Below the pieces are notes generated by a model, which worked only from the letters and a program-made list of their open reading frames with translations, was not told the DNA's origin and did no database searches. 64,000 bases of DNA, from positions 4,886-68,885 of the IMG/VR virus record IMGVR_UViG_3300032167_000057. One strand, given 5' to 3'. The DNA is from a virus (lineage: Duplodnaviria; Heunggongvirae; Uroviricota; Caudoviricetes). A program made the position numbers and the translations under genes. Positions 39,078-49,052 of the stretch are shown here, piece after piece (the first letter of the stretch is position 1; each line of letters opens with the position of its first letter).

Positions 39078-40073
39078 TTACAGTTTCATTTCTGCAATAA
39101 ATGATTCAATATCATAAATAATGGTTTCAATCTGCTGTTCCTGACCTTTTTTCAAATCAGAAGCTTTTTTACCACTACCTAAATTATCAGCAACAATTCT
39201 CTGTAAATCATCCAAATAGCCTGCTTCAGCCAATTTTTCTCCTAGAATCTGCATTTCATCCATTAATTCATCGTAGGATTTTTTCTCGACTGTGCGCTGC
39301 GCTTTCTGTTCTGCATAAGTTACAGCGGTAATACCTTCTGCTTTTTCCTGTGTCTCAATAGCATCTACAATCAACTTTTCTAAATTTTCTGCTGTAAACT
39401 CGGGCATATAAGTGGAAGGTAAATAATCAAATCTACTTCTTGCAAAGAATCTATCTGTCTCCGCTAAATAACCAGATGATTTAATAATACGTCCATCTTC
39501 ATCCACGCCATTAGATTCTACGTAGATGCATAAATCTGTATTATCTAAGATTGGGGATAAACTACGCTTATCTGCCTTTGGAGAAATAAAGCCTGTATTT
39601 GGGTCTGATTGTGCATGAGCAATAAAATATACACAATATCCAGCACCAACCAGTTTGTTAATCTGTTTCCAAAATTCTGTAGCGTATTCTTTCCATAGTC
39701 CATAACCGCCTCTGCCTGAAGCAATAGATTCTTCTCCATATTTCTGACAAATATATTCCTGACAATAATTGGCCGCTGGCTCAATTGAATCAAAAATAAT
39801 TGTAGAATACATTTCTCTCGCTTTTTCTACTGTTGTAGGGTCAGTTAACTGCTTATTAATCTTGATAAAATCTGACCATTTAGTAATCGGACAAAATGGA
39901 ACGTTAGGAATAGCATTTAATCCAGCCTCAAATGGTAAATAAAACGGCTTTTCCATACGCGTTGCCTGTTTTGTCTTTCCAAGATTATTACCCCCGTATA
40001 CAAGTAAAACTTTGCCTGCTAATCCTTTAGCAACTGTGGAATACTGGGGCGCAAAAATATCTAAAGATGCCAT
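39078..40073 (-). CDS. AAA_24/Sak4-like RecA-fold ATPase (phage recombination/replication)
   Basis: Walker A GKVLLVYGGNNLGKTKQA. Length and layout are typical of the phage AAA_24 family. Confidence 0.5.
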   Translation of the reverse strand: MASLDIFAPQYSTVAKGLAGKVLLVYGGNNLGKTKQATRMEKPFYLPFEAGLNAIPNVPFCPITKWSDFIKINKQLTDPTTVEKAREMYSTIIFDSIEPAANYCQEYICQKYGEESIASGRGGYGLWKEYATEFWKQINKLVGAGYCVYFIAHAQSDPNTGFISPKADKRSLSPILDNTDLCIYVESNGVDEDGRIIKSSGYLAETDRFFARSRFDYLPSTYMPEFTAENLEKLIVDAIETQEKAEGITAVTYAEQKAQRTVEKKSYDELMDEMQILGEKLAEAGYLDDLQRIVADNLGSGKKASDLKKGQEQQIETIIYDIESFIAEMKL

Positions 40074-40135
40074 TTTTCTTCTCCTTTATCTTTAAAAATC
40101 AAAATTGTTGTAACTCAATCCGCTTCGGGCTTCGT

Positions 40136-41065
40136 TTAGAAACCCAAAGAACGGCCTTTAGACTGAGCAGATGGGCGTGACTGTGGTGCTGGAGTTACAG
40201 TCTGATTCTGTCTCTGAGCCATCTTCTCATTACGGACATTAATAGCTAAGGCTACTGTGTCCTTATCATATGCGTTTTCATCTTCATAAGGTTCTGAAGC
40301 ACCAGTAATTAACATATCATTCTTATAATCATAAGTAATTTCTACCTTTGGCTTACCAATCTTCATAGGAATTTCTTTAATATGTTCAATACGATTATTA
40401 ATAATCTCGCCTGTAAATAATACAGTCTGTCCAGCTTCATAACTATCCATTACTGCATCTGCAATTCCGTCTGTCGCAGGTGCTTTTAAAGCAATAGGTT
40501 CAATTCCGTTATATGTAGGCATCCATCCATGCACAATTACTGCCCCTGTTTCAACACCCTCTGTATCTACTTCTGGAACAAGAGATTTAATATAGACTTC
40601 TACTTCAAACTCTGATTTCATATCTTCTGTAGTTAAAGGTCTATTTGCTCTATTAAAGAAATTGCTCTGGAAGTTTACTACATCTCCATTACGACCAGTG
40701 TAAGCATTAATTTTTCCTTTAACAATTAACTGGGTAGCTTCTGCTTCACCAACTTCTTTAATAGTTTTATATTCTTCTTTACATGTCTGTAAACCTTTGT
40801 AAATTGAATTTTCTTTTCCATCCTGTGTAAGTTTATTAGCCTTTGCTTTATACTTTACAAAATTTACATCGCTGGTCTTTACAGTCAAATAACCTTCAAT
40901 AATGTCACGGCCTTCGTCATCTTTCTTTTCTTCTAAAACCATTTCGCTTAATAAACCAGCACTATAAGCAACGGCTTTAGCCTCTTTTAAATTTGTGTTT
41001 GTTGTGTCACTCATGTTTCTTCTCCTTTTTACTGATTCATCATACATGTCATACAAGATTCGCAC
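40136..41065 (-). CDS. hypothetical protein (possible SSB-like; weak)
   Basis: 309 aa. It sits immediately downstream of the AAA_24 gene, as DUF2815-type SSBs do. The C-terminal tail ...GRSLGF ends in an aromatic residue. No firm motif. Confidence 0.3.
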   Translation of the reverse strand: MRILYDMYDESVKRRRNMSDTTNTNLKEAKAVAYSAGLLSEMVLEEKKDDEGRDIIEGYLTVKTSDVNFVKYKAKANKLTQDGKENSIYKGLQTCKEEYKTIKEVGEAEATQLIVKGKINAYTGRNGDVVNFQSNFFNRANRPLTTEDMKSEFEVEVYIKSLVPEVDTEGVETGAVIVHGWMPTYNGIEPIALKAPATDGIADAVMDSYEAGQTVLFTGEIINNRIEHIKEIPMKIGKPKVEITYDYKNDMLITGASEPYEDENAYDKDTVALAINVRNEKMAQRQNQTVTPAPQSRPSAQSKGRSLGF

Positions 41066-41355
41066 TCATCACATGAGCACCAATCAAATTCATCCATTGA
41101 CATTTCTTCAATGCAACAAGTGTCTTCGTTAATAAATAAAACACAGCCCTCATAATCTGCTTCAAACTGTGACATATCCTGATGCAAACGATAAGTTGCC
41201 GCATTAATTTTGTCCAGTTGGTACTGAAGAGCATCAAAACGTCTCTGTTTTTCTTCATAATCTACAGGTTTTAATGTTTTTTCGTATCTTACACACTCAT
41301 CTGGATTATTAAACATGCTACCATCGGTAGCCACATACATCTGTTGAACTTGCAT
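41029..41355 (-). CDS. Cys-rich small protein
   Basis: C-terminus WCSCDECESCMTC. Confidence 0.35.
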   Translation of the reverse strand: MQVQQMYVATDGSMFNNPDECVRYEKTLKPVDYEEKQRRFDALQYQLDKINAATYRLHQDMSQFEADYEGCVLFINEDTCCIEEMSMDEFDWCSCDECESCMTCMMNQ

Positions 41356-41370
41356 TGTTTATCCCTTTCG

Positions 41371-41595
41371 TTATGAATAAGAATTATATATGTAATAACG
41401 TTCGTCAGTATTTACATATATGTTTTTATCTATAATGTGAGCAATTGTATTTGTTGTTCCACAACAAGGGCAAACGCCTAATTTTGCTTCATAATTTCCA
41501 TATATAATGGTCTGCGTTGCTTGTTCTGGTGTTAAATCACACTCGCATTTTATACATTTTTGATTGATTACTTCGACAATCATACTCCCAAACAA
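41371..41595 (-). CDS. zinc-ribbon protein
   Basis: CIKCEC...CPCCGT. Confidence 0.35.
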   Translation of the reverse strand: MFGSMIVEVINQKCIKCECDLTPEQATQTIIYGNYEAKLGVCPCCGTTNTIAHIIDKNIYVNTDERYYIYNSYS

Positions 41596-41686
41596 TCACT
41601 TCCTTTCCTGTCGCCGTTTATTACATTATACAAATTTTTTTGGCTGTTGTTCATTTTAATTTAGTAGTTGCTTTGCGTTTTAGTAA

Positions 41687-42271
41687 TTAGAAAATTTTCT
41701 TTCCAATCATAATGGCTACTATGTCACGAACTGTTTTTTCAGAAAGTTGTGTATTAGTATCTAGGGTATCGATAACTTCTTGATATGCTTGATTCTGTTC
41801 TTGCAAAGATTTGATAATGGATTTGTAATCAGCAATGGCTGCATCATTATCTAGGATTAAAGATTTATATGTTTCTTTTTCAATATTTACGCTTTCTTGA
41901 CTCTCAGCGAATTTTTGTTTGGCTTGGTCTAATTTCTCTTTCAATTTTTCAATGTATTCGTCATTAAAATCTTTACCTAAGCCTAAATCAATACTATATA
42001 AAGTAATAACATTATTTTTATTTGGGTCTACAATAATTACCCATGTTCCGTTTAAATAAATATCGACCAACTGTTTATTAAATATATCAGATGTAGGTTT
42101 TCCTGAATAAATCAGTTCACCATATTCTATCATTTTACGAATATCGTTTTTAATTTTGTCGTCTTGTTCGAATAGAAAAATGGCCACTTCTGTTTGGTCT
42201 TGTTTATTCATAATACGTTCCGCATAACGCTGTTTTGCATGTTGCGAAAACTGTAGAGTATCAAGATTCAT
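41687..42271 (-). CDS. hypothetical protein
   Basis: 194 aa with a coiled-coil C-terminal half. Confidence 0.4.
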   Translation of the reverse strand: MNLDTLQFSQHAKQRYAERIMNKQDQTEVAIFLFEQDDKIKNDIRKMIEYGELIYSGKPTSDIFNKQLVDIYLNGTWVIIVDPNKNNVITLYSIDLGLGKDFNDEYIEKLKEKLDQAKQKFAESQESVNIEKETYKSLILDNDAAIADYKSIIKSLQEQNQAYQEVIDTLDTNTQLSEKTVRDIVAIMIGKKIF

Positions 42272-42467
42272 ATACCTCGTCCTCCGTTATTTTTTTATGG
42301 TTTACAATAGCCGTAATATCGGCTAACATACCAGTCATTGTGTTTAATCTACGCAAAAGCTCCTGAATTATTATCTCATTTGATATAGTTTTTAAAATGT
42401 AGATTTTATCCTCTTCTGACATACCTTTTGCGATATTTTTCATCTCATTTTGCTCTAAAACGTTCAT
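42261..42467 (-). CDS. hypothetical protein
   Basis: 68 aa ORF overlapping the next gene's start. Confidence 0.35.
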   Translation of the reverse strand: MNVLEQNEMKNIAKGMSEEDKIYILKTISNEIIIQELLRRLNTMTGMLADITAIVNHKKITEDEVYES

Positions 42468-42478
42468 TTTTTCCCTCT

Positions 42479-42568
42479 AAAACAGGCCAAATCTAATATA
42501 AATTATGTAAATTTTAGGTTTAGGTTTAGTTTTTTCTTCGTACATTAGCAGATAGATTTGGCCTGTTT
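42479..42568. promoter_or_regulatory. perfect 16-bp inverted repeat AAACAGGCCAAATCTA ... TAGATTTGGCCTGTTT separated by about 58 nt in an intergenic gap
   Basis: The two arms are at 42479-42494 and 42553-42568. They lie between the end of gene 42584-42898 and the start of 42261-42467. Confidence 0.4.
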
Positions 42569-42583
42569 ATTCATAATAAATAA

Positions 42584-42898
42584 TTAAATAGCTACATATT
42601 TTTGCCAAACATCATGAACTAAAAATTGTGGTAGGTCATCATATTTAGCATATACTTCATCATCGTCTAAAATCCGATGTAAACCATCGGTAGTTATTTC
42701 GCTTATAAAGAATTTAAAATCATAAATTTTACCACAATCAGCACAATATAATGCTTTATAAGGTTTATGTGTGCTCTCATGTACCAATAAACAATCCTTA
42801 TATGTGTGTTTATGTTTTGCTTTTGATTTTGATTTTGAAACAGTGGACTGTTTCTTTTTGCGGTGTTTAGGTATCTCTTCTAGTAAAAAATCCGTCAT
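42584..42898 (-). CDS. hypothetical protein
   Basis: 104 aa with a basic N-terminus and a CADCGK motif. Confidence 0.35.
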   Translation of the reverse strand: MTDFLLEEIPKHRKKKQSTVSKSKSKAKHKHTYKDCLLVHESTHKPYKALYCADCGKIYDFKFFISEITTDGLHRILDDDEVYAKYDDLPQFLVHDVWQKYVAI

Positions 42899-42914
42899 GT
42901 TTTTCTCCTTTGAC

Positions 42915-43124
42915 CTAACTATTATTCCATATATCTAAGTCTATAAACGCCAACCATCCAGAAAATAGTAATAATCCTATTACCGATAGCCACCAATATC
43001 CCGCAAAACCATAACCAACCATAATTATGCTACCAAATAACCACGTTGCCATCGCTATCAGTAATATAATTACGGCGAAAGTGGATAAAGTTTTTTCAAT
43101 AAATTGTAAAAGCGTATTCTTCAT
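42915..43124 (-). CDS. small membrane protein
   Basis: 69 aa with two TM helices. Confidence 0.35.
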   Translation of the reverse strand: MKNTLLQFIEKTLSTFAVIILLIAMATWLFGSIIMVGYGFAGYWWLSVIGLLLFSGWLAFIDLDIWNNS

Positions 43125-43136
43125 TATTACCTCCTG

Positions 43137-43328
43137 TTAAACAAGCGGTTTTTCATCGGTAATTAAATAATAAGTAATCACCAAAGTTCCAATAATCGTA
43201 CATATTACTGTCGGTATTGGAAAACATGAATACATAAAATTCAAAAAAGTCCCTATAAGCGCATATAAACATATATAAATTGCTAAAAATATAATTACTT
43301 TATATATATTACTTAAAATTCGCTTCAC
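43137..43328 (-). CDS. small membrane protein
   Basis: 63 aa with two TM helices. Confidence 0.35.
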   Translation of the reverse strand: MKRILSNIYKVIIFLAIYICLYALIGTFLNFMYSCFPIPTVICTIIGTLVITYYLITDEKPLV

Positions 43329-43343
43329 TTTTTCACCTTCTCT

Positions 43344-43853
43344 CTATGATTGTAATTGTAAATATTGTTGCTTATAGTATCGTCTCATAAAAGAAATTGC
43401 GTTTGGTGTTAATCCACATTCGTCGGCTACCACCGAACGTGTTTTACCTTCTGCTAATAGAAACAGGGCTTTTTTATGGTTTCTGTTGTTAATATTAGTT
43501 AAAAACTGAAACAAAGCCATACAATTAATTACATCACTATATTCACATATTGTTTGTTGGGAATAAATTAGCGAATCATTTTCAGACAATTGAAAAGAAA
43601 TATAAAATGAATCAGATTGAGATTTGTCTAATACTTTACTCCAAGTTTGTTTCATTAATTGGAAAGCAAAAGTAGAAAATTTCATTCCTTTATTTTCCTG
43701 ATAATATAGCCCAGCTCTGCATAAACCCAAAGCAGCAACATCATAATACTCATCTTCCGATAAGCCATAGTGTTTCAAGAAACGATAAATAAGTTCGTGA
43801 TTATCCTCAACCATTTTCCGTTGTTGACTGGATAACTTTTGTGGTTGTATCAT
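43344..43853 (-). CDS. sigma-70 family (ECF/phage-type) sigma factor-like protein, paralog A
   Basis: Region-2-like HELIYRFLKHYGLSEDEYYDVAALGLCRA, FSTFAFQLMKQ, and a C-terminal region-4 HTH (ECGLTPNAISFMRRYYKQQ). It is paralogous to 46844-47356. Confidence 0.55.
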   Translation of the reverse strand: MIQPQKLSSQQRKMVEDNHELIYRFLKHYGLSEDEYYDVAALGLCRAGLYYQENKGMKFSTFAFQLMKQTWSKVLDKSQSDSFYISFQLSENDSLIYSQQTICEYSDVINCMALFQFLTNINNRNHKKALFLLAEGKTRSVVADECGLTPNAISFMRRYYKQQYLQLQS

Positions 43854-43904
43854 ATCACTTTATCTCCATTATACATTTTTTTTTAGTAGTTGTTCAAAAA
43901 TAAT

Positions 43905-44201
43905 TTAGAAGATAAAGTATACAGAGGTTGTATCGTTTAACATTAATTTATAACTTCTTGAACCATTTTCTTCAATTTTACTAAACACAAGTGTTTGTAA
44001 AACCTCCCAGTTAATTTCTATTTCTCCATTATACAAAGTAATAACCCATACAGGTTTGTCTAAAGAATAAGTGGAAATATCTAATGGTTTAATTAATTCC
44101 GAATGAGAAAAGGAGGGGTTTTCTATGCAATAAATAACGCGCCCCTGATTATCAATTACCTTATTTAGTTCTTCAAAAAAGATTTCAAAATTGTCTTGCA
44201 T
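43905..44201 (-). CDS. hypothetical protein
   Basis: 98 aa ORF followed by a hairpin terminator at about 44208-44250. Confidence 0.35.
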   Translation of the reverse strand: MQDNFEIFFEELNKVIDNQGRVIYCIENPSFSHSELIKPLDISTYSLDKPVWVITLYNGEIEINWEVLQTLVFSKIEENGSRSYKLMLNDTTSVYFIF

Positions 44202-44267
44202 TGGTTTTCCCTTTCACATAAAAAAGACTGGATATTTCTATCCAGCCTTTTTATTGATTATTCTCTA

Positions 44268-45200
44268 CTATACAACGTCATATTCTTTTAATTTACGAAA
44301 TACTTGGTATGGTTTCCAATGTCCTCTGCCATATCTATTTAAAATTCTTTGAATTTGAGGATGTTTATATCTACTCTCTAGAGATAAAGACACCTTTATT
44401 CGCTCTGATTCTGTCAGTAAAGACCAAATCATACCACTATCTTTTAATTCTATGGTTTTAATAACAAATTTCTGTTGCTTTGCGTAATTATATAACCTCC
44501 ATTTGATTTTCGTATGTCTAAATTCTGGGTCTAATAATTGTTCATTGTAAGACATAGTAATAGGAAACCGAACAATAAATTCATTTTCCTCTAATAAGAA
44601 ATCCATCGGCGGAGTTGTTTTAGTAGGGCCTCTGCGAAAATATTTTTCGGCAATTGCTTCCTGCGTTAACGCCACTAAATCATCCGAAATAGTTAAACAT
44701 GTTCCATCTGCCAATACCAATTCTTTAGTTTCAATATGTAAACTATCTTTGGTTAATTCAGCAATTTGTTGAACAGTGAAACCTTCATAAATACAGCGTA
44801 CTACAAATCGGTCTATTTTATTTAGAAACCCTGTTGTGGCAGCTTCTGTTAATTCTTCTGGTGTAATATAATCTGCTGGGCCTTTTATTTCTTTAAGCGT
44901 AGCAAATGGCATCGTTATTAAACCGCTGTCTGGTGTGGTAAATTCCATATCTAAACACCATAAACCATATTTACGCAACAAATAAAAATAAACAACCAAT
45001 GTAGCATATGTTTTATTTTTTAATAAATCTATTTCATAAATAGTTCTGACTTCATCTTGTGTAAAACAACATACATCTTTATCATATTGCACTTCTAACT
45101 CTTCCAATGTTTCTAAAAAATGGACAACATTAATAGAATAATGAATATCATAATCAGTTAAATACTGTATAAATAATTGCTTCCGTTCCGCGTTGTACAT
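44268..45200 (-). CDS. hypothetical protein
   Basis: 310 aa, immediately downstream of the second recombinase. Confidence 0.4.
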   Translation of the reverse strand: MYNAERKQLFIQYLTDYDIHYSINVVHFLETLEELEVQYDKDVCCFTQDEVRTIYEIDLLKNKTYATLVVYFYLLRKYGLWCLDMEFTTPDSGLITMPFATLKEIKGPADYITPEELTEAATTGFLNKIDRFVVRCIYEGFTVQQIAELTKDSLHIETKELVLADGTCLTISDDLVALTQEAIAEKYFRRGPTKTTPPMDFLLEENEFIVRFPITMSYNEQLLDPEFRHTKIKWRLYNYAKQQKFVIKTIELKDSGMIWSLLTESERIKVSLSLESRYKHPQIQRILNRYGRGHWKPYQVFRKLKEYDVV

Positions 45201-45267
45201 AAAACTCCTCCCTTCTTTAGTTTTCTTGCTTCAAGTCTACCTATTAGTTGTTATTGTAGCATATTTT

Positions 45268-46305
45268 TTAATCTTTAGCCATGACAAAACCATCATGAAT
45301 TTGTTTAACAATGATATCGGCCGAACGCTGTTTTACATCAGAATCATTCATAACTACATAACGCTGGGTAGTACTAATATTAGAATGACCTACCGCTCGT
45401 CGTGCAAATTCTATATCTCCAGTTTCCTTTATAATATTAGTTACAAATGCATAACGTATTTTATGCGGTGAAATCCCTTCGCCTAAAACCGCTTCTGAGT
45501 ATTTATGAACAATTTCTGCTATACTATCTGTTGATAATCGCGCTTTTTGTCGAGAAATAAATAACGCATCCAGCTGAACACCCCATTCACGCAACAGTTC
45601 TTCTCTATCATATAACCAATCATTTACATATTGCATAATGGAACTGATTTGATAAACATGGGTTTTTCGCCCCTTATCAATAACTGTTAATTCTCCCGTT
45701 TCCAAATTAATATCTTCTACATTAATTTCGCTTAACGCACTACGACGCATACCAGTCAAAATAAATAATAATAAAATCAAGAAATCTCTTGATTTCCATT
45801 TATTCTGAATTTTACGAGCTCGTGTAGAACCAGCCCCAAATAATACAGCGCCCAACATTTGTTGCAATTCATCAGGAGTAATCTCAGGCCGTTGTACCTT
45901 ATCTTCTCCTTTTGGACGTTTAATTTCTGTTATTGGATTAATTTCGATTAACTTATTTGAGTATAAATACCCCATAAAGTTTTTTAATACAGTATAAATT
46001 AACTGTTGATAAAAAATTGATGTGGGAGTAACTTTAGCAACACCATTTTGTATAACCGTTTTGGTCTTTTTAGCAACCATATAACGTGCTACATTCTGTG
46101 CTGCTTCTTCTGGTGTCACTGTGGTTGAATCTTCTTTTATACTTTTATAAAAGTTCTCAATTATTCCAATATATTTATGAGCAGTTTTAATTTGAGCACC
46201 ATAAGAAAAAGAATAACAATAATCTTTTACATATTGAGGCAGACTTTCTAATTTTTTATCAATTTTATCCTGATAACATAATTGAGTTTCAAATCTACCA
46301 TTCAT
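45268..46305 (-). CDS. tyrosine recombinase (XerC/D-like, second phage-integrase-family enzyme)
   Basis: RRSALSEINVEDINLETGELTV (box I Arg) and HKIRYAFVTNIIKETGDIEFARRAVGHSNISTTQRYV (H-x-x-R ... Y). Confidence 0.8.
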   Translation of the reverse strand: MNGRFETQLCYQDKIDKKLESLPQYVKDYCYSFSYGAQIKTAHKYIGIIENFYKSIKEDSTTVTPEEAAQNVARYMVAKKTKTVIQNGVAKVTPTSIFYQQLIYTVLKNFMGYLYSNKLIEINPITEIKRPKGEDKVQRPEITPDELQQMLGAVLFGAGSTRARKIQNKWKSRDFLILLLFILTGMRRSALSEINVEDINLETGELTVIDKGRKTHVYQISSIMQYVNDWLYDREELLREWGVQLDALFISRQKARLSTDSIAEIVHKYSEAVLGEGISPHKIRYAFVTNIIKETGDIEFARRAVGHSNISTTQRYVVMNDSDVKQRSADIIVKQIHDGFVMAKD

Positions 46306-46308
46306 AGG

Positions 46309-46548
46309 TTATTTCCCCTTTCTCTGTTGGTTCTGTGCATCAATTTTTCTTATCTCTTGTATATAAGGGTCTTGTGATAATTCATAATTATTAAAACAGC
46401 AATACCCAGCATATATAATCCAACAAAGAATGAATCCAATAATTCCATCTTTACATAATAAACACATTAAAGATAGAGGAATAAACAATAATAACCCATC
46501 TTGATTTTTATAACTATAATATACAAACTTTTTATTCATTGTCAACAC
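46309..46548 (-). CDS. small membrane protein
   Basis: 79 aa with two TM helices. Confidence 0.35.
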   Translation of the reverse strand: MLTMNKKFVYYSYKNQDGLLLFIPLSLMCLLCKDGIIGFILCWIIYAGYCCFNNYELSQDPYIQEIRKIDAQNQQRKGK

Positions 46549-46556
46549 CTCCTTAA

Positions 46557-46832
46557 TTAGCCTTGAGCTTCTGTTAAAGTATCAATTAAGTCCGCGTCTA
46601 AGAATTCACTAATTGTATCAATTACTATCTCTAAACAATCTACTGCGTTTTCTGTTTGTTCATATCTTTCCGTGTCCTGTAAATTTTCAGGAATATTCTC
46701 TAATGCTTCTTCTTCCTCTGTAAATAAATCGGTAACTTCACTTAAAATAATAGACAATTCTATTAATAACGGCTGAAGCGCCCTTTTTACCCCATCTATC
46801 GCCTTTCGTCTTACATTATTCATCTTTACCAC
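46557..46832 (-). CDS. small acidic protein
   Basis: 91 aa with a highly acidic C-terminal half, immediately downstream of the sigma-like gene. Confidence 0.35.
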   Translation of the reverse strand: MVKMNNVRRKAIDGVKRALQPLLIELSIILSEVTDLFTEEEEALENIPENLQDTERYEQTENAVDCLEIVIDTISEFLDADLIDTLTEAQG

Positions 46833-46843
46833 TCCTTTCTAGA

Positions 46844-47356
46844 TTAAGCACAGCATCGTACATATTTCCGTTGCACAGATTTTAACGTATTTACCACAGT
46901 GCCTGTACTAATATTCATTTTTTCTCCAATGGTACGATACGGGACACTGTTTAATACATAGGTCAATACTTTCTGTTCGCGTTCTGTTAATTTGTGTTGA
47001 ACAAAGTAATCTAAAAATTCTCGTGCACAAATATCGGATGTAAAATCATATTCAGAAGCATGTTTACCTTTAACAACTGATGAGTTATCAATTTCTCCAC
47101 CTGTAGGTAATAAAACTGAAACACCTCGTTTTTTTGTACCATACATACTCTTAATATGATTTTTAACTACATTCTGACACATGTTTACAGCAAAAGTAGA
47201 AAATTTCCCTTTGCTATCATCATATTTAATTGCTGCTTCACACAAAGCAATGGCTACAATATCATAATATTCTTCTTCTGGTAAATGCATATTGTTAATC
47301 ACAAAATAAATTAAATTATGATGATTAACAACGAGTTCTTTCTGCTGTTCTGTCAT
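46844..47356 (-). CDS. sigma-70 family sigma factor-like protein, paralog B
   Basis: NHHNLIYFVINNMHLPEEEYYDIVAIALCEA and FSTFAVNMCQNV are shared with paralog A. C-terminal HTH (IGEKMNISTGTVVNTLKS). Confidence 0.55.
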   Translation of the reverse strand: MTEQQKELVVNHHNLIYFVINNMHLPEEEYYDIVAIALCEAAIKYDDSKGKFSTFAVNMCQNVVKNHIKSMYGTKKRGVSVLLPTGGEIDNSSVVKGKHASEYDFTSDICAREFLDYFVQHKLTEREQKVLTYVLNSVPYRTIGEKMNISTGTVVNTLKSVQRKYVRCCA

Positions 47357-47371
47357 TTATCCTCCCGTTTT

Positions 47372-47656
47372 CTAATATTCATTAGGAAATAATATTGTGG
47401 TAACACTTCTGTCCCATTCAGTAATTATCCAAATATTACCGCGACAGGTAGGATAAACTGCTAATATTCTATCATCTCCGTTTAAGACTGCTTCGTTGTT
47501 CAACTGCTGGTCATCTGTACAGGTAATTCCCCAATCACATGCTTTATATTGTGTTAAAGCCTGTGACAAATCTCTTTTAAAATCAGAATTACCTTCTTCC
47601 ATTACTGTGGCTATACCTCGTGTAACATACAACTGTCCTAAATCAAAAGCTCTCAT
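47372..47656 (-). CDS. hypothetical protein
   Basis: 94 aa ORF. Confidence 0.35.
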   Translation of the reverse strand: MRAFDLGQLYVTRGIATVMEEGNSDFKRDLSQALTQYKACDWGITCTDDQQLNNEAVLNGDDRILAVYPTCRGNIWIITEWDRSVTTILFPNEY

Positions 47657-47811
47657 ATTTATCCTCCTTTCTAAGCAAATATTATTGGTTTACTTTTTTA
47701 TTAAAACAAACGTATTCATTAACTTTTACGTCTGTCATATACGTCATACAGCCAAACTATTAGCCATAAAGCACAAATACCGCACGCTATACAAATGAAT
47801 TCTGTACTCAT

Positions 47812-48333
47812 TTAATATCTCCCTTCCAATATTTCTTTTAAAGTTCTGGGCGTAAATCCTATTATATCTGCTCCAACATTAAAAGCTCTGGGCATCTGAG
47901 CTGCATATTGAGTTGTAGCATTATGAAAAGTGTTATGAACATGACCATAGAAATGTAACACGTTACGATAATAACCGTTCCATTCTACCATTGGATAATG
48001 ACAACAACAGATTTGCGTGCCTCCATCATCCACCATTAAAATAGAATTTATTTCTTCAAAATATTGTCTATGGTCTGGATTTTTTAATAATTTGGTATCA
48101 TGGTTGCCAATAATTAAATATTTCCGTCCCTTCAATTGTGACAAATAAAAAATAGGGTCTTTTCCTTTATAAGAAAAATCCCCTAAAATATATACATCAT
48201 CATTTTCTGTAATTTTTTCATTCCATTTTGCAATCATTACATTATCCATTTCCTCAACCGTTTGAAATGGTCTATTGCTTAAACGTATAATGTTTTCATG
48301 ACCGAAATGAGTATCCGCAATATAATATTTCAT
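47812..48333 (-). CDS. calcineurin-like metallophosphoesterase
   Basis: IADTHFGH, GDFSYKG and GNHD motifs. Confidence 0.7.
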   Translation of the reverse strand: MKYYIADTHFGHENIIRLSNRPFQTVEEMDNVMIAKWNEKITENDDVYILGDFSYKGKDPIFYLSQLKGRKYLIIGNHDTKLLKNPDHRQYFEEINSILMVDDGGTQICCCHYPMVEWNGYYRNVLHFYGHVHNTFHNATTQYAAQMPRAFNVGADIIGFTPRTLKEILEGRY

Positions 48334-48334
48334 A

Positions 48335-48526
48335 TTACCCTCTCTTGTTTATAGGTCTTTGCCTAACTTCTTCCATGTCAAAACCAAATAAATTTAAAAC
48401 AAATTCCAAAGCATCCTCAAACCCTTTGCAATAATTAATATCTTCTATATTACCCTCGTCTTTGGCTGCTCGTAGGTCAATATGGTTATCTTGATATGCT
48501 TGTACTATTTTATTATCTAATATCAT
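48335..48526 (-). CDS. hypothetical protein
   Basis: 63 aa ORF abutting its neighbours. Confidence 0.3.
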   Translation of the reverse strand: MILDNKIVQAYQDNHIDLRAAKDEGNIEDINYCKGFEDALEFVLNLFGFDMEEVRQRPINKRG

Positions 48527-48735
48527 TAGTTTCCCTCACTATTCATTTGGTCTCTTAATCCCTGTAACTGAAACTCTTGCACTTTGACCATGTTTACGTT
48601 ATCAGCATCCAATTCTCGTTTTATAATTTCTTTCTGCATATCCCCAATGGCGCTTTTGTTTAATTCAAAACACTCAGGAACATCCCTATAAATCTTTGTT
48701 ACTTCAATTGTTGTTGTTACTTTTCTTTCGTTCAT
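48526..48735 (-). CDS. hypothetical protein
   Basis: 69 aa ORF. Confidence 0.3.
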   Translation of the reverse strand: MNERKVTTTIEVTKIYRDVPECFELNKSAIGDMQKEIIKRELDADNVNMVKVQEFQLQGLRDQMNSEGN

Positions 48736-48772
48736 ATTTTTTAATTCTCCTTTCTAATAGTAAATTATTAAA

Positions 48773-49039
48773 TTATTCAGTTTCACTACATAACCAATTT
48801 AAAATAGAATCATAACTATCATGTATATGTACATCTCCAAAATTTATAACACTTTCTCCATCATCCCAATAAAGGTCTATACCACAAAGCCAGTCTGCCA
48901 ATTCTTCTGTTGACATTCTCTGTATAACTTCAAAATTAGTAATGGGCTCAAAATCTGAAGCGCCATCACACATCATATTACATTTTGGTTCACAAGTTGA
49001 TGGTTTATAATTGTGTTTACATTTTCTACAATCAGCCAC
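48773..49039 (-). CDS. Cys-rich small protein
   Basis: CRKCKH...CEPKCNMMCDG. Confidence 0.35.
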   Translation of the reverse strand: MADCRKCKHNYKPSTCEPKCNMMCDGASDFEPITNFEVIQRMSTEELADWLCGIDLYWDDGESVINFGDVHIHDSYDSILNWLCSETE

Positions 49040-49052
49040 TCTAATTCTCCTT

